Positions 39,905-51,053 are shown, counted from the first letter of the stretch. The stretch is DNA of 64,000 nt from Clostridia bacterium (GCA_045593265.1 JAZNWH010000089.1:741-64740), one strand, 5' to 3'. Numbers and translations are program-made. The notes: generated by a model from the sequence alone, not told the origin.

Positions 39905-41268
39905 AAATGTGGGCAGGCAGATTTAAAAAAGAAATAGATGAACGTGTAAACAGCTTTAACTCTTCTCTCCCCTTTGACTGCAGAATGTATCGTCAGGATA
40001 TAAAAGGAAGTGTTGCACACGCAACTATGCTTTGCAAACAAAATATAATTTCAAAGGAAGACTGCGAAAAAATTATAAACGGTCTTAATTCTATATTAAT
40101 TGATATTGAATCAGGTACCCTTACCTTTGATAATGGTGCTGAAGATATACATATGTTTGTAGAAGAAGAGCTTACAAAACGTATAGGTGATGCAGGTAAA
40201 AGACTTCATACTGCAAGAAGCAGAAATGATCAGGTTGCTCTTGACGTAAGGCTATATCTTGAAGATGAAACAAAAGTTATTATAGAAATGGTAAAAGAGC
40301 TTATTAATACACTATGTGATAAAGCAGAAGAAAATTATGATGCCATTATGCCCGGCTATACTCATCTTCAAAGAGCACAGCCGATTACTTTCGGACATCA
40401 TCTTATGGCTTATGTACAGATGCTTATGCGTGATAAGGAAAGACTATGCGAAACTCTTGAAAGAATTAAAGTTCTTCCTTTGGGAAGCTGTGCACTGGCA
40501 GGTACTACCTATCCTATTAACAGACAAATGGTTAAAGATTTGGTTGAATTTAATTCTGTATGTGAAAATTCTCTTGACGGAGTATCGGACAGAGATTTCT
40601 GCATTGAGCTTGCATCGAATTTATCCATACTTATGATGCACCTTTCAAGATTAAGCGAAGAAATTATACTTTGGTGCAGCTGGGAATTTAAGTTTATCGA
40701 ACTTGATGACAGCTTCAGCACAGGGTCATCAATTATGCCTCAGAAGAAAAACCCCGATATCACAGAATTGATAAGAGGAAAAACAGGCAGAGTTTATGGC
40801 GACCTTAATACACTTTTAGTTATGATGAAAGGTCTTCCTCTTGCTTATAACAAGGATATGCAGGAGGACAAGGAAGCGATTTTTGATGCAGTTGACACAG
40901 TAAAAGAATGTATCGAAACATTTATCCCTATGCTTGATACAATGCGTGTTATCCGTGAAAATATGAGACGCGCCGCAGCAAAAGGCTTTATCAACGCAAC
41001 AGATTTGGCTGACTATTTAACCAAAAAAGGCGTTCCTTTCAGAGATGCTTATAAAATTTCAGGAACTTTGGTTGCATGGTGTATTGACAACGATACTGTT
41101 CTTGAAAATGTACCTTTGGAAGAATTTAAAAAATATTCTGATATATTTGAAGATGATGTATATAATGCAATAAGTCTTGAAACCTGTGTCAATATGCGTA
41201 CCTCGGAAGGTGGACCATCCCCCGACTCTGTATTAAAACAAATTAAATCTGCAAGAGAAAAGCTATAA
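39901..41268 (+). CDS. argH: Argininosuccinate lyase
   Basis: MWAGRFKK..; fumarate-lyase signature region GSSIMPQKKNPD. Confidence 0.95.
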   Translation: MKMWAGRFKKEIDERVNSFNSSLPFDCRMYRQDIKGSVAHATMLCKQNIISKEDCEKIINGLNSILIDIESGTLTFDNGAEDIHMFVEEELTKRIGDAGKRLHTARSRNDQVALDVRLYLEDETKVIIEMVKELINTLCDKAEENYDAIMPGYTHLQRAQPITFGHHLMAYVQMLMRDKERLCETLERIKVLPLGSCALAGTTYPINRQMVKDLVEFNSVCENSLDGVSDRDFCIELASNLSILMMHLSRLSEEIILWCSWEFKFIELDDSFSTGSSIMPQKKNPDITELIRGKTGRVYGDLNTLLVMMKGLPLAYNKDMQEDKEAIFDAVDTVKECIETFIPMLDTMRVIRENMRRAAAKGFINATDLADYLTKKGVPFRDAYKISGTLVAWCIDNDTVLENVPLEEFKKYSDIFEDDVYNAISLETCVNMRTSEGGPSPDSVLKQIKSAREKL

Positions 41269-41269
41269 T

Positions 41270-41312
41270 AAAAGAGCTGTAAAAAATCAAAGATTTTTTA
41301 CAGCTCTTTTAT
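41270..41312. terminator. Bidirectional terminator between argH (+) and the AEC permease gene (-)
   Basis: aaaagagctgtaaaaaatc-aaaga-ttttttacagctctttt. Confidence 0.75.
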
Positions 41313-41330
41313 TCAGGAACAGAAAAATAT

Positions 41331-42242
41331 TTATACTAAAAGTATTACCAATGGTATTGTTATTACAGAAATTACTGTTGTGATTGCAACAAGCTGGGAT
41401 GCATATTCTGCGTTCAGGTTAAACTTACCTGCCCAGAGTGCTGTTACACCTGCTACGGGACAGGCTGAACTTATAGTAAGTGCTTTTATTACAGCTATAT
41501 CAACCTTCAAAAGCTTTAAAAGGAAAATTGCCATAACAGGTACAATCAGCAGTCTTATTACTACAACTACATAAAAGGAAATATTTTTAAATATTTCCAT
41601 AGGCTTTATACCTACGAAGAATGTTCCTAACATAATCATGGATAAAGGTGTATTCATATCCGCAACAAAACCCACAGTCTGAGCTATTATATCAGGCAGT
41701 TTTATACTGAAAACAAATAAAACAAGACTAATAAGAGTACCTAAAACTCCGGGATTCAAAACTGCTTTTTTGAACGAAAGCAAGCTCTTATCTTCGGTAT
41801 ATGTGTATATACCGTTTGTCCACTGCAGAATTGAAAATACTGCAAGATAAGCGGAGCCGAAAAACACCCCTTCACTTCCAAGTGCCGCACTTAAAAGAGG
41901 AATTGCCATAAACCCACAATTGGAGTATACGAGACTGAAACGATTAACCCTGTAATCAAGATTCTCTTTTGCAGGGAAAACATATCTTGCCAAAACTATT
42001 ACGATTAAATGTATAAGTACTGCCATCAAAAATGCAACAGCAAGAAGCTTGGCACCCATTATATCAAAAGGTTTTTGATATGCTTCTATCAATACACAGG
42101 GAGTTACAAAATACATCAGAAATGACGTAAACTGAGAAACTCCCTCATCTCCTATGATTTTTGTTTTCTTTGCAGTATAGCCTACTGCCATCAAAAGAAT
42201 TATAATTACTACCTGTTGCAAAACTACGAAGCTTAATTCCAC
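41331..42242 (-). CDS. Auxin-efflux-carrier (AEC) family permease
   Basis: 303 aa; 10 transmembrane segments; N-terminus typical of the AEC/malate permease family. Confidence 0.7.
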   Translation of the reverse strand: MELSFVVLQQVVIIILLMAVGYTAKKTKIIGDEGVSQFTSFLMYFVTPCVLIEAYQKPFDIMGAKLLAVAFLMAVLIHLIVIVLARYVFPAKENLDYRVNRFSLVYSNCGFMAIPLLSAALGSEGVFFGSAYLAVFSILQWTNGIYTYTEDKSLLSFKKAVLNPGVLGTLISLVLFVFSIKLPDIIAQTVGFVADMNTPLSMIMLGTFFVGIKPMEIFKNISFYVVVVIRLLIVPVMAIFLLKLLKVDIAVIKALTISSACPVAGVTALWAGKFNLNAEYASQLVAITTVISVITIPLVILLV

Positions 42243-42253
42243 TTTCCTGCCTC

Positions 42254-43375
42254 CTATTTAAAGTACTGATATACATAGCATTTAAGCATACCATTATAAA
42301 GCTTTCTCTTTTTATCAGCTTCTTTTCCGTAACACTTTTCAAAATCTCTGTGAGATGTTAAAATAAGCTTTTTAGCTTCAAAGAATTCAGAAAACTTTTT
42401 ACCCATATCTGAATAAAGCTTTTCACATCTTTTTACATCCATCATTCTTTCTCCATAAGGTGGATTACAGATGATTACACCCTTTTCATTAAAGGGCTTC
42501 ACATTTCTCATATCACAGACGCTGAATTTAATTTTATCATAAACTCCTGCTTTTTTTGCATTATTTTTAGCAAGCTCTACAGCCTTTGGATCAATATCGG
42601 ATGCAAATATAACAGGTTCTATATCTTTATTTTCATTCTCTGTTGCTTCTTCCCTGATATCTTTCCAAAGCTGAGGTGAAATATGATTTTTCCAGGTTTC
42701 TGCTGCAAAATGACGTTTTTTCCCCGGAGCAATGTTAAGTGCATAAAGGGCAGCTTCTATCGGAATAGTTCCACTTCCACAAAAAGGGTCCATAAAAGGT
42801 CTGTCTCCTCGCCAAAAGCTCATATCTATCATAGCAAAAGCAAGTGTTTCACGCATAGAAGCTGACGTTGCCTGCGCACGATATCCCCTTTTATAAAGGT
42901 TGTCCCCTGACGTGTCAATATATACAGAAACTATATCCTTCATAATACCAAAATGTACCGAATACATAGCGCCATCTTCTTTAAACCACTCAATACCATA
43001 CTTATCGGACAGCCGTGAAACTATTGCTTTCTTAATAATAGACTGACAATCAGGCACACTGTGAAGCTTTGATTTTAACGAATATCCTTTTACCGGGAAA
43101 TTGCCGTCTTTTTCAATAAAACGTTCCCATTCTATATTTTTAATTCCTTCAAAAAGCATCTCAAAGCTGAGAGCTTTAAATTCTCCCAGCTTAATCATTA
43201 CTCTTCCTGCACATCTTAAATTTATATTAGCTACACAAATTGCTTCCTCATCGCCTGTAAAACTAACGCGTCCGTCAATAACCTCTGTAGTCTCGTAACC
43301 TAAGTTTCTGACTTCATTGGCAACAATTGACTCTGTACCCAAAAGTGTAGGTATACTAAGTTCAAATAAACTCAT
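42254..43375 (-). CDS. THUMP-domain class I SAM-dependent RNA methyltransferase (RlmL/YpsC-like)
   Basis: N-terminal THUMP-like region; methyltransferase motif I DPFCGSGTIPIEAA; NPPYG catalytic motif. Confidence 0.8.
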   Translation of the reverse strand: MSLFELSIPTLLGTESIVANEVRNLGYETTEVIDGRVSFTGDEEAICVANINLRCAGRVMIKLGEFKALSFEMLFEGIKNIEWERFIEKDGNFPVKGYSLKSKLHSVPDCQSIIKKAIVSRLSDKYGIEWFKEDGAMYSVHFGIMKDIVSVYIDTSGDNLYKRGYRAQATSASMRETLAFAMIDMSFWRGDRPFMDPFCGSGTIPIEAALYALNIAPGKKRHFAAETWKNHISPQLWKDIREEATENENKDIEPVIFASDIDPKAVELAKNNAKKAGVYDKIKFSVCDMRNVKPFNEKGVIICNPPYGERMMDVKRCEKLYSDMGKKFSEFFEAKKLILTSHRDFEKCYGKEADKKRKLYNGMLKCYVYQYFK

Positions 43376-43401
43376 TTTGCCTCCATATATAACACAAGAA
43401 A

Positions 43402-44310
43402 CTAATTCATTTTAAAGAAATTCTTCGCCTGCTCCTTATCATCGTAAATTTGTTCTTTAAGGATTTCAAGATTTTCAAACTCTCTTTCCTGACGAATAAA
43501 TGTTAAAAATTCAATCTTCACAAATTCGGAATACAAATCTGTATCCTCAATATCAAAAATATGCGCCTCTACTAAAGGCTTTTCTGACCCTACCGTAGGT
43601 TTGACTCCTACGTTTGCAATTGAGTAATATCTTCTGCCTTTTATATATACATAAACACAATAGACACCAAAGCGTGGCATTACCAGATTTTCTTCAGGAT
43701 ATATATTAACTGTAGGAAAACCTATAGTACGACCTATATGATTTCCGTGTTTAACAACTCCGGAGACTGAAAAATTTCTTCCGAGGAATTTGTTTGCCTT
43801 TTCAATTTCTCCACTCTCAATAAAAAATCTTATATGAGTACTTGAAACTAAAAAATCATCAAGCTCCATTAGCGGCATTACCACAACCTCGATGCCATAA
43901 GAATGACAAAGATTTACCATAACAGAGCTGTCGGAAGCCCCCCCGCATCCGAAAGTATAATGCTTTCCTATAACAACACAGCAAGCATCAAGCTTATCTT
44001 TGATTATATCTTTAACAAAAGATTCGGGAGACATTTTGAGAAAATCTTCATTAATGTTTTCAAACACAAGAATATCAACGCCAAGATTTTCTATCTGCTC
44101 TTTTTTCGTTTCATTATCCGTTATTAACTTATTGTTTTTTATGCTTTTATCAAAGGTATATACTACTGATTTGCAACCTTTTTCCTTTGAAACAGAAACT
44201 GCTTTTTCTATTAAGCTGCGATGTGCAATATGAACACCGTCAAAAAAACCTAAAGCAACAACTGTCTTTTCACCAAGTTGCTTTGATGTATAAAAAATTT
44301 CCATATACAC
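43402..44310 (-). CDS. ribF: Bifunctional riboflavin kinase / FAD synthetase
   Basis: VVALGFFDGVHIAH nucleotidyltransferase motif; C-terminal riboflavin kinase domain. Confidence 0.9.
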   Translation of the reverse strand: MYMEIFYTSKQLGEKTVVALGFFDGVHIAHRSLIEKAVSVSKEKGCKSVVYTFDKSIKNNKLITDNETKKEQIENLGVDILVFENINEDFLKMSPESFVKDIIKDKLDACCVVIGKHYTFGCGGASDSSVMVNLCHSYGIEVVVMPLMELDDFLVSSTHIRFFIESGEIEKANKFLGRNFSVSGVVKHGNHIGRTIGFPTVNIYPEENLVMPRFGVYCVYVYIKGRRYYSIANVGVKPTVGSEKPLVEAHIFDIEDTDLYSEFVKIEFLTFIRQEREFENLEILKEQIYDDKEQAKNFFKMN

Positions 44311-44312
44311 TC

Positions 44313-45005
44313 CTATTTGAATTCTTCAGGAGAAATCAATATTTCATCAAAAGCCCCTGCTTTCCATTTTTCTTCAAACTCTTCTAATGTAAGACTGTCT
44401 TTTATATCAAAACGCCCGTTTTTTGTTCTTACAAGACCTTTCATATAAGCACCACAACCGGCTTTCTTGCCGATATCCTCACAAAGAGTCCTGATATATG
44501 TTCCTTTTGAGCAGGTAACAAGAACTGTAGCAAAAGGAAGCGAAACGTCTTCAATTTCTATATCAAAAATAGTAACTGTTCTCTCTTTTCTTTCAACTTC
44601 TATTCCTTGTCTTGCAAGCTCATACATTTTTTTACCATTAATTTTTATTGCAGAATACATAGGCGGAATCTGAGTGATTTCGCCAATAAAAGAGCTAATG
44701 ATTTGTTTTGCCTCATCAACAGTTATCAAAACTTTATCTTCCGAAAGAATTTCTCCCTCTGAATCTCCTGTTGATGTAGTTTTTCCAAATTCAATAACTG
44801 CACGGTATTGCTTTGTTCCCTGCATTATAGTATCAGCAAGACGCGTGGATTCTCTGCCTATACAAATAGGCAGAACCCCTGTTGCCAAAGGGTCAAGGGT
44901 TCCTGTATGTCCTACTTTTTTAATTCCTGTAATTCTTCTTATAACCGCAACAACAAAAGCCGAGCTTTTGCCCATGGGTTTATTAATGTTCGCTACTCCT
45001 GTCAT
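44313..45005 (-). CDS. truB: tRNA pseudouridine(55) synthase
   Basis: GHTGTLDPLATGVLPICIG catalytic Asp motif. Confidence 0.95.
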   Translation of the reverse strand: MTGVANINKPMGKSSAFVVAVIRRITGIKKVGHTGTLDPLATGVLPICIGRESTRLADTIMQGTKQYRAVIEFGKTTSTGDSEGEILSEDKVLITVDEAKQIISSFIGEITQIPPMYSAIKINGKKMYELARQGIEVERKERTVTIFDIEIEDVSLPFATVLVTCSKGTYIRTLCEDIGKKAGCGAYMKGLVRTKNGRFDIKDSLTLEEFEEKWKAGAFDEILISPEEFK

Positions 45006-45006
45006 A

Positions 45007-45960
45007 TTATAAAAATTCCTTTAATTTTTCCACCAAGTCATCACAAAGCTTGGTAACACTCATATCCGACACAAGTCCTGCAGCACGTACATGTCCGCCG
45101 CCTCCGTAGAGAGATGCAAGATATGAAGCATCCACATATTCATTTGTTCGTATGCTTGCCTTGGTTTTGTCCTTCCATTCTTTTATAACTATGCCTACTT
45201 CTACTCCCGATACACTTCTGGGAATTTCTATAAGACCCTCTGCATCTTCGTAAACAGCACCTGCTGATTCAAGCTGCTGTTTAGTTACCATAACAATTGC
45301 AACCTTTCCATTATGAAAAAGCTTCATACTATCAGTTGCCATCGCCTTAAGCTTAAGAGTTTTGATATCTTCGGTATCAAAAAGCTTTTTGCATATTTTA
45401 ACATGGTCTGCACCTTTTTCAAGCAGGACAGACGCTGAAACCAATGTTTGAGGTGTTACGGAAGAATATTTAAAACAACCTGTATCCGAAACAATTGCCG
45501 CATAAATAAGGCTTGCAACATCTGAACTTAATTCAAAATCTCCCTGTGTTGCAAAACGGTAAATAATTTCTCCCGTAGAGCTTCCGTGAGGCTCGATATA
45601 ATTATATTTTCCATAACCCGGATTTGAAACGTGATGGTCTATTACTACCGTTTTTTCAAATTCTCCGAAAAACTGTGTAAAATCACCGAGTCTGTGTAAA
45701 TCACCACAATCAAGAGCAATCATAAGGTCATAATCCTTATTTTCATACTCTGTCAAATACTCTTTCTTCCCATAATCCACAAGGAACATAAGTCTTTCGG
45801 GAATTTTTTCATTGATGTATACATCGTTTTGTATCCCGATTGACTCCAAGAGGCAACTAAGTGCAAAGACAGAACCAATTGCATCACCATCAGGTGTTAT
45901 ATGAGTAAAAAGAGCAGCTCTTTTTGCTTTTTTTATTTCTGAGATGATGGTATTCATCAT
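45007..45960 (-). CDS. nrnA: DHH-family phosphoesterase (NrnA-like oligoribonuclease / pAp phosphatase)
   Basis: DHH motifs (HITPDGDAIGS, DHH); DHHA1 C-terminal domain with GGGH. Confidence 0.85.
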   Translation of the reverse strand: MMNTIISEIKKAKRAALFTHITPDGDAIGSVFALSCLLESIGIQNDVYINEKIPERLMFLVDYGKKEYLTEYENKDYDLMIALDCGDLHRLGDFTQFFGEFEKTVVIDHHVSNPGYGKYNYIEPHGSSTGEIIYRFATQGDFELSSDVASLIYAAIVSDTGCFKYSSVTPQTLVSASVLLEKGADHVKICKKLFDTEDIKTLKLKAMATDSMKLFHNGKVAIVMVTKQQLESAGAVYEDAEGLIEIPRSVSGVEVGIVIKEWKDKTKASIRTNEYVDASYLASLYGGGGHVRAAGLVSDMSVTKLCDDLVEKLKEFL

Positions 45961-46304
45961 TTATCTCCCCTGTTTAAATCGTTTATCACTTCATTGATGT
46001 ATGCACCGTAAGCAATAGAATCGTCTGCTACAAAAGTAATTTCCGGAGTATAACGCAGCTTCATTTTTGAACCTATTTCACGACGTACAAATCCAGCAGA
46101 GCTGTTAAGTCCTTTAATAGCTTCATCAGCAGTTTTTCCCATTACAGACACATATACCTTTGCGAATTTCATATCCTTTGTTACATGAACTGCAACTACA
46201 GATATTAAACACCCGTCAAGACGAGGGTCTTTTAAAGCTGGAATGATAAAAGATAATTCTCTTTTCATTTCCTCATCTATTTTTTGCTGTCTGAATTTTG
46301 CCAT
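45957..46304 (-). CDS. rbfA: Ribosome-binding factor A
   Basis: 115 aa KH-like RbfA family; follows infB. Confidence 0.9.
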   Translation of the reverse strand: MAKFRQQKIDEEMKRELSFIIPALKDPRLDGCLISVVAVHVTKDMKFAKVYVSVMGKTADEAIKGLNSSAGFVRREIGSKMKLRYTPEITFVADDSIAYGAYINEVINDLNRGDK

Positions 46305-46356
46305 AATCTTTACCTTTCACAGTCGGCAGCAAAAACTGCCGACTGAACACATAATA

Positions 46357-48714
46357 TTACTGTTTAATTTCTTCCATTATAAAGCTTTCTACAATATCGC
46401 CGTCCTTGATATCGTTGTAATTTTCAATACCGATACCACATTCGTAGCCACTTGCAACTTCCTTAACGTCGTCTTTAAATCTCTTAAGAGAAGAAAGAAC
46501 ACCTTCGTGAATTACAATACCATCACGTACGATACGAACCTGTGAATTTCTTGAAATCTTACCGTCAAGAACATATGAACCACCAATTGTACCGATGCTT
46601 GAAACCTTGAAGGTCTGTCTGATTTCGGCATGACCCTGTACAACTTCCTGGAACTTAGGATCAAGCATACCCTTCATAGCTGCTGTAATTTCTTCAATAG
46701 CATCGTAAATTACACGATATAACTTCATCTGTACTCCTGCTCTTTCAGCAGATGCAATAGCATTTGCATCAGGACGCACATTAAAGCCTACAATAATTGC
46801 ATTTGAAGCAGATGCAAGCATAATATCAGATTCATTAACTGCACCTACTGCACCGTGAATTACACAAACCTTAACTTCTTCATTTGTAATCTTTTCAAGG
46901 GACTGCTTAACTGCTTCTACAGAACCCTGAACATCAGCCTTTACAATAATGTTAAGCTGTTTCATCTTACCCTGTTCAATCTGGTCAAACAGTGATTCGA
47001 GAGATGCTTTCTGTACGCTCTGTGCAGCTTCAATCTTCGCATTTGAAACTCTTTCGTCTACAACATCACGAGCTTTCTTTTCATCTTCAACAACGTAGAA
47101 CATATCTCCACCATCGGGCACAGATGAAAGACCGAGAATTTCAACAGGTACAGAAGGGCCTGCTTCCTTTACACGTCTGCCTTTTTCGTCAATCATTGCA
47201 CGAACTTTACCGAAAGCTGTTCCGGCAACAACTACATCACCAATCTTCAAGGTACCGTGCTGAACAAGAATTGTTGCAACAGAACCTCTTCCCTTATCAA
47301 GCTTGGATTCAATAACTGTACCTCTTGCTTTTCTGTCAGGGTTTGCTTTTAATTCCTTCATATCTGCAACAAGGTTAACCATTTCAAGAAGTTCTTTGAT
47401 ACCATCGCCTTTTTTAGCTGATACAGGAACACAGATTGTATCTCCGCCCCATTCCTCGGGAATTACTTCGTGTTCAGCAAGCTGCTGCTTAACTCTGTCG
47501 GGGTCAGCGGCTTCCTTATCCATTTTGTTAATTGCAACAATAATGCTTATTCCTGCTGCTTTTGCATGGTTGATTGATTCAATTGTCTGAGGCATGATAC
47601 CGTCATCTGCCGCAACAACAAGTATTGCAATATCTGTTACCTGTGCACCACGGGCACGCATTGCAGTAAATGCTTCATGACCTGGTGTATCAAGAAATGT
47701 AATTTTTCTGTCGTTAACAGTAACCTGATAAGCACCTATATGCTGTGTAATACCACCTGCTTCGCCATCTGTTACATGAGTGTTTCTTATAGCATCAAGC
47801 AAGCTTGTTTTACCATGGTCAACGTGTCCCATTACTACAACTACAGGAGGTCTGTCTTTTAAGTCCTCATCATTATCTTCAATATCAAGAAGAAGTGAAT
47901 CTTCAGCAGTTATAATAACTTCTTTTTTATATTTTGCACCAAATTCTTCAGCAATAATCGCTGCTGTATCAAAATCTATTATATCGCTTACAGATGCCAT
48001 CTGTCCAAGACCCATAAGCTTCTTTATTACATCAACAGCTGTCTTTTTAAGACGTGATGCAAGTTCTCCTACTGAAATAGTTTCAGGAATCTGAATTTCA
48101 AGCTGAACAGGCTTTGGTATGTTCTTAGGCTTCTGCTGAAGCATCTGCTTCTGCATAGGCTTCTGGAACTTATTGCCTTTTTTGATTTTTTGCTTTGTCT
48201 GAACATTATCTCTCATTTTATCAGAAACAAGTTCTTCAAGCTTTTCAACCTTTTCCATACGGCTTACATCAATAGCTTCTGTTCTTGTATTGTAAACAAC
48301 AGCTTCTTTTTCATGCTTAGGAGCATTATCTTCCTTGCCGCTTCCTTTGATTTCGATATACTCAGGTTTTTTCTTATCCTTTTCTTTCTTACCAGGTTCT
48401 CTTTTGAATTCTTTCTTTTCAGGTTTCTTTTCCTGATTCTTTTCAGGTGCTTTTGCTTCTTCCTTCTTTTCTTTTACAGGCTCTGCTTTAACAGGCTCAA
48501 CATAACCATAACCCATCTGTGAATTAGGTATGTTAAACTCTCCGCCTTTATCATATTTCTGAGTAAGCACCTCAAAAACTATATCTAGCTGTTTTTCATC
48601 GAGAACTGTTGTGTATTTAACTGAAATACCGTATTTCTCAAGAATCGCTACAACATCTTTACTTGCAACTTCAAGACTTTTTGCGATTTCCTGTACTTTA
48701 ATTTTCTGTAACAT
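46357..48714 (-). CDS. infB: Translation initiation factor IF-2
   Basis: [13 protein letters not shown]1 motif; DTPGHEAF; NKMD; 785 aa. Confidence 0.95.
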   Translation of the reverse strand: MLQKIKVQEIAKSLEVASKDVVAILEKYGISVKYTTVLDEKQLDIVFEVLTQKYDKGGEFNIPNSQMGYGYVEPVKAEPVKEKKEEAKAPEKNQEKKPEKKEFKREPGKKEKDKKKPEYIEIKGSGKEDNAPKHEKEAVVYNTRTEAIDVSRMEKVEKLEELVSDKMRDNVQTKQKIKKGNKFQKPMQKQMLQQKPKNIPKPVQLEIQIPETISVGELASRLKKTAVDVIKKLMGLGQMASVSDIIDFDTAAIIAEEFGAKYKKEVIITAEDSLLLDIEDNDEDLKDRPPVVVVMGHVDHGKTSLLDAIRNTHVTDGEAGGITQHIGAYQVTVNDRKITFLDTPGHEAFTAMRARGAQVTDIAILVVAADDGIMPQTIESINHAKAAGISIIVAINKMDKEAADPDRVKQQLAEHEVIPEEWGGDTICVPVSAKKGDGIKELLEMVNLVADMKELKANPDRKARGTVIESKLDKGRGSVATILVQHGTLKIGDVVVAGTAFGKVRAMIDEKGRRVKEAGPSVPVEILGLSSVPDGGDMFYVVEDEKKARDVVDERVSNAKIEAAQSVQKASLESLFDQIEQGKMKQLNIIVKADVQGSVEAVKQSLEKITNEEVKVCVIHGAVGAVNESDIMLASASNAIIVGFNVRPDANAIASAERAGVQMKLYRVIYDAIEEITAAMKGMLDPKFQEVVQGHAEIRQTFKVSSIGTIGGSYVLDGKISRNSQVRIVRDGIVIHEGVLSSLKRFKDDVKEVASGYECGIGIENYNDIKDGDIVESFIMEEIKQ

Positions 48715-49024
48715 TACTATTCCCCGCTTCCTTTAAAATTACTTTAGCAAAGCTTTCATCGGTAATCCCTGCTACGGAACGAATTTCCTTGCCTGTCATT
48801 TTCCCAATAGTATCTTTATCGGCTATTTTAATTACCGGTACATTTGAATTTATAAATTGCTTTGCTGTACTTTCTTTTGCATCCTGAGCCAGAATGATAA
48901 GATGAATTTTATTGTTTTTCAGAGCTTTTAATACAAGTTCAGCTCCTGTTATTACCTTTCCTGCCCTTGTGGCAAGACCAAGCATTCTTAAAGATTTGTC
49001 AAGCATTATCAAACTCACTTTCAA
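48698..49024 (-). CDS. ylxQ: L7Ae-family RNA-binding protein (YlxQ)
   Basis: ..[20 protein letters not shown].. L7Ae/L30e fold; located between ylxR and infB. Confidence 0.85.
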   Translation of the reverse strand: MKVSLIMLDKSLRMLGLATRAGKVITGAELVLKALKNNKIHLIILAQDAKESTAKQFINSNVPVIKIADKDTIGKMTGKEIRSVAGITDESFAKVILKEAGNSNVTEN

Positions 49025-49256
49025 GTTTATTTAAAAATTCTTCACTTATATTGCATTTTAACAGCGAATTGAATCTCTTTGTCTTTACTGCCTTAAAAAA
49101 ACAGTCCTTAGAACAAATATATGCTCCTCTTCCGCCCGCTTTAAAGGTTTTATCTATAAACACACCATTTTCATTTTTAGTTATGCGAAGCATTTTTTCT
49201 TTAAGAATGTTTTTTCTGCATACAAAACACATTCTTACATTCACTTTATCATTCAT
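48999..49256 (-). CDS. ylxR: YlxR/RnpM (DUF448) RNA-binding protein
   Basis: RMCFVCRK..GRGAYIC motif. Confidence 0.9.
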   Translation of the reverse strand: MNDKVNVRMCFVCRKNILKEKMLRITKNENGVFIDKTFKAGGRGAYICSKDCFFKAVKTKRFNSLLKCNISEEFLNKLESEFDNA

Positions 49257-49265
49257 CTGTTACTC

Positions 49266-50315
49266 CTAAAATTCAAGGCTTACATTTTCTTCAGGCTTAA
49301 TATCAATTTTCCAGCCTGTAAGCTTTGCTGCAAGTCTTGCATTCTGACCTTCTTTTCCTATTGCAAGAGAAAGCTGAAAAGCAGGTACTAATACATTGCA
49401 AATATGTTCTTCTTCATTAACATCTATTGAAACAACCTTAGCAGGGCTGAGTGATGCTGAAATAAATTCAGCAGGGTCTTCGCTCCACTTAATTATATCA
49501 ACCTTTTCGCCGCCGAGAGCATCAACAACAGCCTGAACTCTTGTGCCTCTCTGTCCTACACAAGAACCGATAGGGTCAATATTAGGATTCTGGGCATAAA
49601 CTGCAATTTTTGTTCTGGAACCGGGTTCTCTGGCGATACCTTTGATTTCTACAGTTCCATCTGAAATTTCAGGAACTTCTGCTTCAAAAAGCTTACCTAC
49701 GATACCTGAATTACTTCTTGAAACAATAATTTCAGGTCCGTAATTTCTCTTATTTACTTTTGCAATATAAAGCTTAATTTTATCTCCGGGATTAAAGTTT
49801 TCCCCTTCAATCTGTTCAGATGGAGGAATAACTGCTTCAAAATCCCCTACATCAACAATTATATTGTTTTTATCTATTCTTCTTACAACCCCTGTTGTAA
49901 CAGTATTTTCTTTTTTACGGAATTCATTGTATAATTTACCGCTTTCTGCTTCACGAAGCTTCTGAAGAACAACCTGTTTTGCTGTCTGCGCAGCAATTCT
50001 TGAGAAAGGCTTCGGGTCAATTTCTTCCATAAATACATCCCCGACTTCATATTCAGGATTAATTTCCCTTGCTTCTTCAAGAGAACATTCCCCTGCATTA
50101 AAAGGCTCTTCGCAAACTGTAAATCTCTTATAAGCCTTTGACATACCGTTTTCTCTGTTTATACGCACTACAATGTCTGAATCCTTTAATTCAAGACTGC
50201 TTTTTTTGTATGCAATTGCAAGTGCTGTTTCAATTGCATTCATCATATACTCACGATCAATACCTTTTTCCTTTTCAAGCATATTAACCGCAGTAATAAG
50301 TTCCATATTATCCAC
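49266..50315 (-). CDS. nusA: Transcription termination/antitermination factor NusA
   Basis: S1 and KH domains; 349 aa; follows rimP. Confidence 0.95.
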   Translation of the reverse strand: MDNMELITAVNMLEKEKGIDREYMMNAIETALAIAYKKSSLELKDSDIVVRINRENGMSKAYKRFTVCEEPFNAGECSLEEAREINPEYEVGDVFMEEIDPKPFSRIAAQTAKQVVLQKLREAESGKLYNEFRKKENTVTTGVVRRIDKNNIIVDVGDFEAVIPPSEQIEGENFNPGDKIKLYIAKVNKRNYGPEIIVSRSNSGIVGKLFEAEVPEISDGTVEIKGIAREPGSRTKIAVYAQNPNIDPIGSCVGQRGTRVQAVVDALGGEKVDIIKWSEDPAEFISASLSPAKVVSIDVNEEEHICNVLVPAFQLSLAIGKEGQNARLAAKLTGWKIDIKPEENVSLEF

Positions 50316-50327
50316 GTTTCTTCCTCC

Positions 50328-50792
50328 TTAAAATTCAACGTATAATTTTACTTCTGCTATTAATTTATTTTCAATTTCAACAGTTTCTCCCTTTTCGGTT
50401 TCAACTGTTGTTAAATTCTCATCTCTGTCTTTTAATACACACACAAGATTTTTTTCACCGTTAAAAGGTGCAAAAAACTTAATATTAACACAACTGTCCT
50501 TAAATCTGTCAAAATCTCTTTGTTTTTTAAGCTTTCTCTCTATCCCCGGTGAAGATACTTCAAGATAGTAACTCTCACTTATGGGGTCAGCTTCATCAAG
50601 TACATCAGAAAGAGGTCTGGAAACTGCTTCACATTCATCAATGGAAATAGTTCCATCTTCCTTATCAATGAATACTCTTAAAAAATAGTCGGGACCTTCT
50701 TTTTTAAATTCTACATCATATATGAAAAGACCAAGATTTTCGGCGATTGGTGAAGCTAATTGTTCTACAATTTGCTCAGTTTTATTTGCCAT
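50328..50792 (-). CDS. rimP: Ribosome maturation factor RimP
   Basis: 154 aa RimP family; first gene of the nusA-infB operon. Confidence 0.9.
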   Translation of the reverse strand: MANKTEQIVEQLASPIAENLGLFIYDVEFKKEGPDYFLRVFIDKEDGTISIDECEAVSRPLSDVLDEADPISESYYLEVSSPGIERKLKKQRDFDRFKDSCVNIKFFAPFNGEKNLVCVLKDRDENLTTVETEKGETVEIENKLIAEVKLYVEF

Positions 50793-50992
50793 GAACTTTT
50801 CTCCTTTCTTTAATGTTGATTCATCTCAATACAGACGAAAGAGTGGACTCTATGTCCACTCTTTCTGACCAACATTATCAAACTGTAGGTAGATTATACC
50901 ATATATATTTGTAAAAATCAAGTGTTTTAGTAAAAATTTATGCATTTTTAAGACGTTTTATCCCTTATTTTAAAAAAATTTCAATTTACTAT

Positions 50993-51020
50993 TGCATTTT
51001 TGAATTAAAAATGTTATAAT
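50993..51020 (+). promoter_or_regulatory. Sigma-A promoter for rpsT
   Basis: TTGCAT, 16-nt spacer, TATAAT. Confidence 0.55.
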
Positions 51021-51053
51021 GATTTGCGTTAAATGATATTTGGAGGTGAAATT

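Noticed and set aside
46320-46345. Hairpin cagtcggcagcaaaaactgccgactg between infB and rbfA
   Set aside because: It is not followed by a U-run on the transcribed minus strand. It is probably an intra-operon processing or stability element of minor interest rather than a terminator.
51033-51053. Upstream start for rpsT (MIFGGEIMPNIKS)
   Set aside because: The conserved S20 N-terminus begins at MPNIKS (ATG at 51054), which is preceded by a GGAGGTG ribosome-binding site.
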